Positions 27,237 through 35,274 of a stretch of DNA of 64,000 nucleotides are shown piece after piece. The translations under genes were made by a program, and so were the position numbers. The stretch is from Fibrobacteria bacterium GUT307 (GTDB taxonomy: Bacteria > Fibrobacterota > Fibrobacteria > Fibrobacterales > Fibrobacteraceae), in NCBI GenBank assembly GCA_001462235.1, contig LIUI01000155.1:1766-65765 (forward strand). Reading direction: 5' to 3'. The first letter of the stretch is position 1. Every line of letters starts with the position of its first letter. Under the pieces are notes generated by a model that was not told where the DNA came from, made no database searches, and was given only the letters and a program-made list of their open reading frames with translations.

Positions 27237-29007
27237 ACATCTCGTTTATTTCATTCACGTATATTTTTTCAACCATCCTGCGGCGGAGTTTTAGAGTTGG
27301 AGTTAAAAGCCCGTTTTCTGTTGAAAGCGTGGCAAAAACAGCCCTCCACTTTTTGATTTTTTCCCAGTCGTTTAATTTCTTATTCACAGAATCCACGTGT
27401 TTTTGCAATAGTGCATTGACTCTGCGGGATTTCAGGGCTTTTTCGGGGGTGAATTCCGCTTCGCTCCTTCTCAATTTGCTTCTGATTATGTCTTGATTTA
27501 AGAACAAAATAGCGGATGTGAATTTTTTCCCTTCTGCAAATACTTGTGCGGCTTCTATAAATGATCTATGGCAAAGAGCCTGTTCTATTGGAACCGGGCT
27601 AACATATTTGCCTGTGCTGGTTTTGAACATTTCTTTTAAGCGTCCCGTTATCCAAACATAACCGTCTTTGTCTATGCGGCCCTTGTCTCCGGTTCTAAAG
27701 AAACCGTCTTCCGTAAAAGTCTCTTTATTTAAATCCGGGCGGTTAAAATACCCGCTGAACACGCTAGGCCCTTTAACTTGAATTTCTCCTTCGGAAGAAA
27801 TCCTGACTTCTAAATTATGCAAGGGCTTGCCAACCGAACCCATCCTATTATTAGTTGGGCATTCTGCAGAAATAACAGGTGAAGTTTCCGTTAATCCATA
27901 ACCCTCATAAAGCGCCAAACCTATGTTTCTCAAAAACCTGTTAACCGAAATGTTTAAAGCAGAACTTCCAGATACCATAAGGTAAAAATTATCGCCAAGC
28001 GCAGCGCGCATTTTTGAATATACAAGTTTATCCCAAATGGTGTTTCGCAAATTCTTTTTGCTTGGGTCTGTGTTTTTAGCTTTGTTTATGGCATACTTCA
28101 CTAGCCATTTTACAGGTATAGGTTTTTTGTTAGCTCCGTCTATGAGTTTTTCGTAAAGTTTTTCCAAAACTCTTGGCACTACGGTCATAATGCTTGGGCG
28201 AATTTCTGGCAGGTATTTCCCTACATTGTTAGGACTGTCTGCAAAATAAACAGGCAAGCCGCAACTGGAGAAATAATAAACTACCATTCGCTCGAATATG
28301 TGTGCAACCGGCAAAATACTCATGCATACGTCGCGGTCTTTATCAACAGGGAAAAATTCTGCAATTGCTTTAAGATGCAAATTCATGTTTTTTTGCGTTA
28401 AAGGAACGCCTTTTGGAGTCCCGGTTGAACCGCTGGTGTAAATAACGGAAAAAATTTCATCACCCGCTATATTTTTTATGCGTTTTGAAAAGTTTTCTCG
28501 CTCGGAAGCCGAATCTATTTTTTTTCCTTTTTCTATAAAATCGCTCCAGCCAAAGGAATTTTTGTGTTTTATTTTGTTTGGAAGAGGAGAAAGATGAATC
28601 AGAGTGGGTACGGAATCTACAAGCGGGTGAATTTGCGGAGAAAGCGTTTCCCAAGAGTCTATCGTTAAAACTTTAAGCTGGGCATCTTTAACTTGATATT
28701 CAAAATGGGCAGAAGATATATTTGAAAATATGGGGACGGTATAGCCGCCGCAAATTTGCGTTGCAAGGTCAACCATAAACCATTGCGGGGAACTTGGTGC
28801 GATTATTCCAACTCCAACCCCTTTGCCAACACCGATTTCTCGCATGGCGAGGCTTAAAAAGTAAATTGTATTTTGCAAATTCTCCGAATCGTAGTGAATC
28901 CATTCTTCGCCTACGCGGTGAAAAAGCCCCTTAAAACCCGGCTGGCTAAATGCATTTAGCGATAAAGCCGGCAATGATTCTATTCCTTCAAAGCTGTTCA
29001 TATTCAT
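27229..29007 (-). CDS. Long-chain fatty acid-CoA ligase (AMP-forming)
   Basis: YTSGSTGTPKGV AMP-binding motif, GYGLTETS and TGD.G..D..GY..ITGRLKE motifs. Confidence 0.85.
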   Translation of the reverse strand: MNMNSFEGIESLPALSLNAFSQPGFKGLFHRVGEEWIHYDSENLQNTIYFLSLAMREIGVGKGVGVGIIAPSSPQWFMVDLATQICGGYTVPIFSNISSAHFEYQVKDAQLKVLTIDSWETLSPQIHPLVDSVPTLIHLSPLPNKIKHKNSFGWSDFIEKGKKIDSASERENFSKRIKNIAGDEIFSVIYTSGSTGTPKGVPLTQKNMNLHLKAIAEFFPVDKDRDVCMSILPVAHIFERMVVYYFSSCGLPVYFADSPNNVGKYLPEIRPSIMTVVPRVLEKLYEKLIDGANKKPIPVKWLVKYAINKAKNTDPSKKNLRNTIWDKLVYSKMRAALGDNFYLMVSGSSALNISVNRFLRNIGLALYEGYGLTETSPVISAECPTNNRMGSVGKPLHNLEVRISSEGEIQVKGPSVFSGYFNRPDLNKETFTEDGFFRTGDKGRIDKDGYVWITGRLKEMFKTSTGKYVSPVPIEQALCHRSFIEAAQVFAEGKKFTSAILFLNQDIIRSKLRRSEAEFTPEKALKSRRVNALLQKHVDSVNKKLNDWEKIKKWRAVFATLSTENGLLTPTLKLRRRMVEKIYVNEINEMYE

Positions 29008-29016
29008 GTACTCTCC

Positions 29017-30531
29017 TTAACCACGAACGCGAGTTTCGTCAACCGAATATCTTTTTACCGTTTCCACTAAGGTTTTTAATCCAAATGCCGTTGCGCCATG
29101 CTCGGTGTATTTATATCCTTTTGCGGAGAATGCTACTCCGGCTATATCTAAGTGCGCCCATTCCAAATTTTTATCTACAAATTCTTTTAAGAACAAGGCA
29201 GCGCTTATGGCTCCGGGACCGCCATCGGTTATGTTGCGAATATCGGCTACCTTGTCTTTCAAGTCTTCTGCGTATTCTTCGTCTAGAGGCATTCTCCACC
29301 ATTTTTCGCCGCTCTCTGCACCAGCTTCTGCAATGGTAAGCGCAAGCCCTTCGCTATTGCTAAAAAGCCCGCCTATGGAAGTTCCAAGTGCGCGCTGTAT
29401 TGCTCCAGTTAAGGTTGCTATGTCTATTACATGAGTTGCGCCAAGCGTTGCTGCTTCCATTAAACCGTCTATTAAAACAAGCCTGCCTTCGGCATCGGTG
29501 TTTTCTACCATAATGGTTTTTCCGTTTTTGGCTTTGAAAATATCCCCGGGCAGCATTGCGTTTTCTCCGGGGCGGTTTTCTGCCAGGCAAAGGATAGCGT
29601 CCACTTCTATTGGGAGTTTAAGTTCTGCTACCACTTGAATGGTTGCCAAAACTATTGCCGCGCCAGACATATCGCTTTTCATTTCGTACATTTTATCTTG
29701 GGGTTTTAAGCATATTCCGCCGGTATCAAAAGTTATGCCTTTGCCTACAAGAGCTAGGTGAGAAGGGTTTTTGTATTTGGGCCTGTAGCTTAGGGTAAGC
29801 ATTGCCGGCTCGTTTTGGCTGCCTCGCCCAACGGTTAAGATTCCGTTATAGCCGTCTTTTTCCAGTTCTTTGCTACGGCGCACTCTTATTGCAAGCCCGT
29901 ATTTTTGCGCTATGCCTTGTGCTATGTTTGCCACGATTGTTGGGGTTAGGTAGCCGCCCGGTTCGTTTATGAGATTTTTTGCTAGGTCAATTCCGGAGAA
30001 CATGGCTTGGAGCGAGCGCCCGTCTATTTCCATATCGTCTGCGAAAAGGTATTCAATGTCTGCTTTTTTGTGCTTTTTGCTTTTGTATTTATCAAAGGCG
30101 TAGCTTGCGTGGCACAGGCCTTGCAAAATAGCATCTCTCTTTTTTTCCGAATCATCTACTAGTGGCGGTATCATCAGGGTTTTTACCGAGTTATTTTCTG
30201 CCCATTTTGCAAGGCGGTAAGCCGCCATGCGCAGGTGATCCAAGAAATCCAGCCCGGCTTCTTTTCCTGTGTCAACAAATAATACCGGATGCGAATATTC
30301 GTTATCAATTCTTATTATACGTAGAGCTTCTGATTCGTGCAAGACGTGTTCTGAGTCTTCTATAAATTGCAGAATTTCTTTTGCAGTGCCATTGGTTATG
30401 GCTTTTTTAGTTTTTTTGCTATAAAGGAACACAAATACAGGACCATCGCCCCACCATCCGCTATGTTCTTTGAATGAGGCTGTGCCTTTTTTATGCGCGC
30501 TGCTTTTTGAATTGGCGGTTTTCTTTTTCAT
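29017..30531 (-). CDS. pepA: Leucyl aminopeptidase (M17)
   Basis: VGKGITFDTGG, NTDAEGRLVL and metal-ligand pattern of M17 peptidases. Confidence 0.9.
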   Translation of the reverse strand: MKKKTANSKSSAHKKGTASFKEHSGWWGDGPVFVFLYSKKTKKAITNGTAKEILQFIEDSEHVLHESEALRIIRIDNEYSHPVLFVDTGKEAGLDFLDHLRMAAYRLAKWAENNSVKTLMIPPLVDDSEKKRDAILQGLCHASYAFDKYKSKKHKKADIEYLFADDMEIDGRSLQAMFSGIDLAKNLINEPGGYLTPTIVANIAQGIAQKYGLAIRVRRSKELEKDGYNGILTVGRGSQNEPAMLTLSYRPKYKNPSHLALVGKGITFDTGGICLKPQDKMYEMKSDMSGAAIVLATIQVVAELKLPIEVDAILCLAENRPGENAMLPGDIFKAKNGKTIMVENTDAEGRLVLIDGLMEAATLGATHVIDIATLTGAIQRALGTSIGGLFSNSEGLALTIAEAGAESGEKWWRMPLDEEYAEDLKDKVADIRNITDGGPGAISAALFLKEFVDKNLEWAHLDIAGVAFSAKGYKYTEHGATAFGLKTLVETVKRYSVDETRVRG

Positions 30532-30538
30532 GATGATA

Positions 30539-30544
30539 AATATA
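30539..30544 (-). promoter_or_regulatory. -10 box 7 nt upstream of the pepA ATG
   Basis: Minus strand: TTTCTATATT-tatcatc-ATG. Confidence 0.5.
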
Positions 30545-30620
30545 GAAAAATTGATATAATTTCCGAAAATGGAAACTCGTAAACTATACTGTATCGTTGA
30601 TTTTTTTATGTAAATTTTTC

Positions 30621-30626
30621 TACATT
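30621..30626 (+). promoter_or_regulatory. -10 box 7 nt upstream of the 30634 ATG
   Basis: TTTTCTACATT-atccccc-ATG. Confidence 0.5.
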
Positions 30627-30633
30627 ATCCCCC

Positions 30634-31515
30634 ATGAACGCATTTATGAGAAAAATACTATGCATCTCGTTTCTCTTTGCTATTGCCGCTTATGGGCAGC
30701 AGGAACGCATAGCAATAATGAACACTGTTGACAACAAAGATTCCATAGCTTTTTTGGATTTGAGCTATTTAACGGACAAGCTCCGCGACATAGCAGGCAA
30801 GATTCTGCCTCAAAGCCGCTATGGCATAATGACCCAGCAGAGCATAGTTGACCGCTTAGGCTCTCAAGAACGGGCTATAAAGGAATGCAAGGAGGCAACC
30901 TGCTTGGCAGATTTGGGCAGGAAAATCAGTGCAGATTACATAGCTCAGGGGCATGTTGGGCGTTTTTCTGGTGAATTGACTATAAAGGTAGAGCTTTACA
31001 ATGTAGGTAGCAGCAACTTGATTGGCTCGTTCACTGGGGATTCCAAAGATTTGAAGGGTTTGCTTTCTGTTTTGGAGGCTAAGGCTCCTAAGCTTTTTGA
31101 AGATATGATTTCTACAACTAAGGAAAAAGAAAAGCCTGCACCGCCACCTCCTGCTCCGGAAAGTGCCTGGGATTTAGTGGGGAGGGCGAGCGATTTAGAG
31201 GATGCTGTTGATGTTGAGCTTGGCTACAAGTTGCCGGCGAGGGTTGACTCTCAGGTGAATACGGAAGAATACCGGCCTTCCAATAACTCTTTTTGGATTG
31301 CTCTTGCATTGGATGTAGCAGGTGCCGCATTTGTGGGTTATGGCATATACAAGAATAGTGAAGTGCTTAACAAGCATGAAGAATACGGTGATTTACGTTC
31401 CGGTTTTGGCAATTCTTGGGAAAAAGTGGAGGATGCCAAAACATCAAGGAATGTTTCTTATATTTTGGGCGGCGTGCTTTTGGCATCGGGAATAGGAGTG
31501 CATATATGGTTTTAG
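30634..31515 (+). CDS. Hypothetical secreted/membrane protein
   Basis: Signal peptide, Pro-rich linker (KPAPPPPAPE), two C-terminal TM segments. Overlaps the start of the DGR target gene. Confidence 0.5.
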   Translation: MNAFMRKILCISFLFAIAAYGQQERIAIMNTVDNKDSIAFLDLSYLTDKLRDIAGKILPQSRYGIMTQQSIVDRLGSQERAIKECKEATCLADLGRKISADYIAQGHVGRFSGELTIKVELYNVGSSNLIGSFTGDSKDLKGLLSVLEAKAPKLFEDMISTTKEKEKPAPPPPAPESAWDLVGRASDLEDAVDVELGYKLPARVDSQVNTEEYRPSNNSFWIALALDVAGAAFVGYGIYKNSEVLNKHEEYGDLRSGFGNSWEKVEDAKTSRNVSYILGGVLLASGIGVHIWF

Positions 31516-32363
31516 TTATGATTATAGCATTCCTGTTTTTGGGGTGCGCAGAAGTTGAGCGAGACAATCCTTATGATCCGGATGGGATTAATTACAACCC
31601 CAGCCTTGTTGCAATTTCCAGCTCCTCTGTCCGCAGCTCAAGTTCATCCATTCCACCGCCAAGCTCCAGCTCCTTTGCTCCAAGTTCAAGTTCGTCAAGT
31701 GTTGCTCCGAGCAGTAGTTCAATTAGTTCGTCTTCGTTGTCTAGTTCGTCTGCACCGCCACCAAGCTCTAGCTCCTTAGCCAACGTTGTTTATGGTACTC
31801 CCGTAGATTATGGTGGCGAAACTTATCCAACGGTTATTATAGGCACTCAAACTTGGTTTGCTAAGAATTTGAATTACGATCCCGGCACAGGCAATTCTGG
31901 TTGCTATGATTGTGCGACTTATGGCCGTTTATACGATTGGGCAACGGCAATGGATCTTCCATCAAGTTGCAACTCAAGTAGTTGCTCAAGCTCAATACAG
32001 TCAAAGCATCGTGGTATTTGCCCTTCTGGTTGGCATATACCGAACAATAATGATTGGGATGCGTTGATGACAGCTGTTGGCGGTAGTGGTACAGCAGGCA
32101 AGCATTTGAAGGCTAAAGAAGGCTGGAATCCCTACAGCGGCATAGAGAACTTGGACACCTACGGATTTTCTGCTCTGCCGGGCGGCAACGGCTACTCGGA
32201 TGGCAGTTTCGGCAATGTTGGCTACGACGGCTACTGGTGGAGTGCCAGCGAGGTCAATAGCAACTACGCCTACGGCAGGGGCATGAACTACTACTACGAC
32301 TACGCGAGCTACAACTACAACGATAAGTTCGGCTTGTACTCTGTTCGTTGTTTGCAGGACTAA
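31506..32363 (+). CDS. FISUMP-domain lipoprotein, DGR variable target protein
   Basis: Lipobox (FLFLGC), Ser-rich linker, FISUMP motifs (YGRLYDW, GWHIP, GFSALPGG, YWWS, SVRCLQD). The last 65 codons are the VR. Confidence 0.85.
   Translation: MVLVMIIAFLFLGCAEVERDNPYDPDGINYNPSLVAISSSSVRSSSSSIPPPSSSSFAPSSSSSSVAPSSSSISSSSLSSSSAPPPSSSSLANVVYGTPVDYGGETYPTVIIGTQTWFAKNLNYDPGTGNSGCYDCATYGRLYDWATAMDLPSSCNSSSCSSSIQSKHRGICPSGWHIPNNNDWDALMTAVGGSGTAGKHLKAKEGWNPYSGIENLDTYGFSALPGGNGYSDGSFGNVGYDGYWWSASEVNSNYAYGRGMNYYYDYASYNYNDKFGLYSVRCLQD
32167..32361 (+). repeat. DGR variable repeat (VR)
   Basis: Matches TR 195-389 over 195 nt. All 23 differences are at TR adenines (16 of 21 AAC codons plus one AAT). The 3' 28 nt are identical to the TR. 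Confidence 0.93.
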
Positions 32364-32389
32364 GCGGTTGGGTGCTTGCACCTAGCCGC
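32364..32389. other. Hairpin immediately 3' of the VR and stop codon
   Basis: GCGGTTGGGTGC-TT-GCACCTAGCCGC forms a 12-bp stem (two G-U pairs). A second 7-bp stem follows (CGCCGCT...AGCGGCG, about 32388-32414). Confidence 0.7.
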
Positions 32390-32474
32390 CGCCGCTAGCC
32401 TTGGCAAGCGGCGCAACATGAAGCTGTGAGCGTTTATGTATGGCATTGCGCCGGGGCGTGGCGGGGCGAATTTT

Positions 32475-33339
32475 TTAGCTTAGACTATGCGTCCCGGTTA
32501 GGCGGAAATGTTTTTTTTTGGCTTTATCCATGGCAATCTTCTGTTTCACATCAGCTAAAGACATGCCGCTTTCCCAAAGAGAAAATACTTTCTCAACGCC
32601 AATCTCAATGCCTTCTTCCTTCTCAACCTCAAGGGCTGTTTCAAGATTCCATTCTTCGTCAAACATATTCAATACCTCCGAGCCGTGCTTTTCAAGAAAA
32701 TATACTAAAATACCACGCTCAATGCAAGTTTTTATGGCTGCCGCTATGGCTGCGTCTTTATCCATAGTTTCCATGTTCTTCTTAACCTCTGCTATCAACT
32801 CACTGTAACCGCTTAGATTGGGACTCCTTTGAATCATGCTCGCATTGCGGCCTTTGTTGATGTTGTAAGCCTTAACTACCAACTCAAGATTGGGAACGCC
32901 TTGACCAAGCTCAAAAAAATCGGACAATCTCATTTCCGTGAAATCGGCCATCTCTTTTTCGCCATTGTATAATGGCTATAAATTCCGGGGATGGTATTTT
33001 AATTTTATGCTCCTTGTACAAATCTCTGCGATTTGTGAGCCTTTCGTATTCGCGAGCTATGTATATAAGCATTCTGAGCGGCATATTTTCGTTTATTGAC
33101 GACTGGTGCTCTATCAATACCACCAGTTTATCCTCAATCACAAAAGAGATGTCGTTCAGTTGTTCCATGTAGAGGGCGTCAGAAAGAGTCACAATTTTGA
33201 TTTTTGTACTTTCTGGGTAGTTTTTACCGCTAATAGCGTTGTATAGCTCCAGAGCTTTTTCGGGTGTTCCGAAGAGCTTTGTGAAGACGCTGTTTTTGTA
33301 TTGGCGGTTGGTCGCGGCTTTGCCTGCATTTTCTTCCAT
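32475..33339 (-). pseudogene. Frameshifted Rpn/YhgA-like PD-(D/E)XK nuclease (putative transposase) gene
   Basis: ORFs 32911-33339 and 32475-32951 are two halves of one gene. A third frame reads ..PEFIA-LYNGEKEMADFTEMRLSDFF across about 32952-32976. YKNSVF and LIEHQSSINENMPLRML motifs. Confidence 0.7.
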
Positions 33340-33372
33340 TGTTGCAATCTCCTATTTTGGGTGTCTATGTAC

Positions 33373-33400
33373 TTAGACGCGTTTCGGAGGGAAAAAGTTC
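33373..33400 (-). promoter_or_regulatory. ECF-type promoter (GGAAC-N17-CGTCTAA) upstream of the Rpn-like pseudogene
   Basis: Minus strand reads GAAC (33397-33400), 17 nt, CGTCTAA (33373-33379). Confidence 0.55.
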
Positions 33401-33408
33401 CGGAAAGG

Positions 33409-33442
33409 GTGATTTTGCAACAAGTGTTGACGTTTTTTTGCG
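33409..33442 (+). repeat. Conserved intergenic box (copy 2)
   Basis: GTGATTTTGCAACAAGTGTTGACGTTTTTTTGCG. Same position relative to the ECF-type promoter as copy 1. Confidence 0.75.
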
Positions 33443-33739
33443 TTTTTTGCAATTTTTTAAAATCCCCTAAATCCCAAAAATCGGGGGCATCGAGGTTCTG
33501 ACATTTTTTTTACACTTTTTTTACATTTTTTTTTGACTTTCTCTCAAAAAAAAATATATATTTATGTGTATAATGTTGTATAACACCCCAAATACAGCGA
33601 AAGGAGCTTGCAGTGCAGGCAAAGCCTTGCACCCTTGACCCAAGCGTTGGCAATGTCATCATAATATATATATACGCATTCAAATTTCTTCCATATTTAA
33701 GCCCAAAAAAGCCCAAAAATTTACAAGAATTTTACAATT

Positions 33740-33781
33740 CTCAAAAAATTAGTTGCAAAACTCAAAAAATTATTTGCAAAA
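33740..33781 (+). repeat. 21-bp tandem direct repeat (2 copies) upstream of the OMP paralog pair
   Basis: CTCAAAAAATTAGTTGCAAAA / CTCAAAAAATTATTTGCAAAA, ending 33 nt before the ATG at 33814. Confidence 0.8.
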
Positions 33782-33813
33782 ATTTCCCCTCAAACAACAA
33801 TAGGAGGTATTTT

Positions 33814-34446
33814 ATGAACAAAGTGAAGTTCATATTTTTGGCGGTAAGCCTTGCGTTTACCATGGCATTAGCTCAACCCACTGTATCAATAAACGGCTCT
33901 GCCGGCTATTATAGAGCTGTGGTGGATGGTCTGGATGATTATCCATTTACCGGACCGGGGTTCGAAGCGGGTTTTTCTGGCTTAATTCCTATAGCGGATA
34001 TTGCCCAATTTGGAGCCGGGGCAAGTATAGGCTATTACTCAGTATCTGCAGATGAAAACGGTATAGAATATACTATTTCCAGTCTTTATTTGGGTTTAAA
34101 TCCAAAACTTAGATTGGGGCTGGAAAAAACATATGTTGATATAGCTTTGCCTATACAAATACCTCTTTCGAATAAAATAACAGTGAAAGTTCCAGGATAC
34201 GGAAGTACGAGTGAGGATGTGGAGGATGTGGAAACCAGTTTTGCTGTTTCATTATTTGGGCGATACAATTTTATTGGCATAGGTATAGGCAAGATTTTAA
34301 CTGGTAGCAGTGGAGCAACAATATTAGCAGCCTCCGTACTCATACCTATATCTGAGCAATTCGAAATAGGACCTTCTATAAGTTATGCCATGGGAAAAGA
34401 TGAAACCGATTTAAACGTATCCTTTGGGGTTGAGTACACATTTTAG
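33814..34446 (+). CDS. Small outer-membrane beta-barrel protein (paralog 1)
   Basis: AGGAGG RBS, signal peptide, alternating strands, C-terminal ..GVEYTF. Confidence 0.6.
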   Translation: MNKVKFIFLAVSLAFTMALAQPTVSINGSAGYYRAVVDGLDDYPFTGPGFEAGFSGLIPIADIAQFGAGASIGYYSVSADENGIEYTISSLYLGLNPKLRLGLEKTYVDIALPIQIPLSNKITVKVPGYGSTSEDVEDVETSFAVSLFGRYNFIGIGIGKILTGSSGATILAASVLIPISEQFEIGPSISYAMGKDETDLNVSFGVEYTF

Positions 34447-34459
34447 GTAGGAGGTTATT

Positions 34460-35161
34460 ATGAATAACGTGAAAACGACCATGTGCATGCTTTTTTTTAG
34501 CGTAGCAATTGGCTCGGCTCAATCGATAACTTCGTCTGTGTTTTATGCAGGGTACTTGAAGGAGACCGTAAATGGATTGAAAGATTATCCACTTACTGGT
34601 CCTATTGTCGGTGGTGGCGGAACGTTAGAATTTCCTATATCTGATAATTTTTCCGTGCAGTCTTTTGCAGGCTTAGAATTTCTAATAGTGTTTGCTAAAG
34701 ATGATAATTATGATCTTTTAATTTCACAGCTAGCAATGGGAATTGATCCTGCACTGAAATTTGGCTCGGAAACCAAAAATTTTTGTGTAGGAACGTCGAT
34801 ATCCGTGCCAATTCAAAGTACTGTTCGGCTAAAGGATAAGCAAGACAATAATATTGAATCTGCTAATGTATATGGCAATGATATCAATGTCGCTCTCATA
34901 CTGTCATCACGATATGAATATATCAGTGTTTTACTGGGCAAAGAAATGACAGGAAAGAACGCGGCTGCGATATACGGGGCGGGATTTAATATACCATACG
35001 GATCCGATAACTTTATAGTCAAGCCACAAATACAATACAGTAATGGCAATCAAAAAAGCGACTTAGTTATTTCACTGGGCTTTGAATATAACTTCAATGC
35101 TAGTAGCGAAAAATTGAATTATAATGACGATTATGATGAATATGATGAAGAAGATTACTAA
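34460..35161 (+). CDS. Small outer-membrane beta-barrel protein (paralog 2) with acidic Tyr-rich tail
   Basis: Similar to the preceding gene (..GL.DYP.TGP..). ..GFEYNF is followed by YNDDYDEYDEEDY. Confidence 0.6.
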   Translation: MNNVKTTMCMLFFSVAIGSAQSITSSVFYAGYLKETVNGLKDYPLTGPIVGGGGTLEFPISDNFSVQSFAGLEFLIVFAKDDNYDLLISQLAMGIDPALKFGSETKNFCVGTSISVPIQSTVRLKDKQDNNIESANVYGNDINVALILSSRYEYISVLLGKEMTGKNAAAIYGAGFNIPYGSDNFIVKPQIQYSNGNQKSDLVISLGFEYNFNASSEKLNYNDDYDEYDEEDY

Positions 35162-35171
35162 GATTTGGCGC

Positions 35172-35200
35172 GATTTTGCAACAGTTGTTGACGTTTTTTT
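35172..35200 (+). repeat. Conserved intergenic box (copy 3, opposite orientation relative to its promoter)
   Basis: GATTTTGCAACAGTTGTTGACGTTTTTTT, about 40 nt upstream of the -35 at 35241. Confidence 0.7.
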
Positions 35201-35240
35201 ATGTGTCTGCCCGGATTCGTGAATTTTTTTCATTTTTTTT

Positions 35241-35268
35241 GAACTTTTTTCCCGAAATTTCCGTCTAA
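35241..35268 (+). promoter_or_regulatory. ECF-type promoter (GAAC-N17-CGTCTAA) upstream of 35275 gene
   Basis: GAAC (35241-35244), 17 nt, CGTCTAA (35262-35268), 6 nt before the GTG. Confidence 0.55.
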
Positions 35269-35274
35269 TGATAT

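Noticed and set aside
31610-31790. Highly repetitive TCN/AGC-rich stretch that could look like a tandem repeat or CRISPR-like array
   Set aside because: It is an in-frame Ser/Pro-rich linker of the lipoprotein, with no spacer-repeat periodicity. Similar linkers occur at 63040-63130 and 63900-64000.
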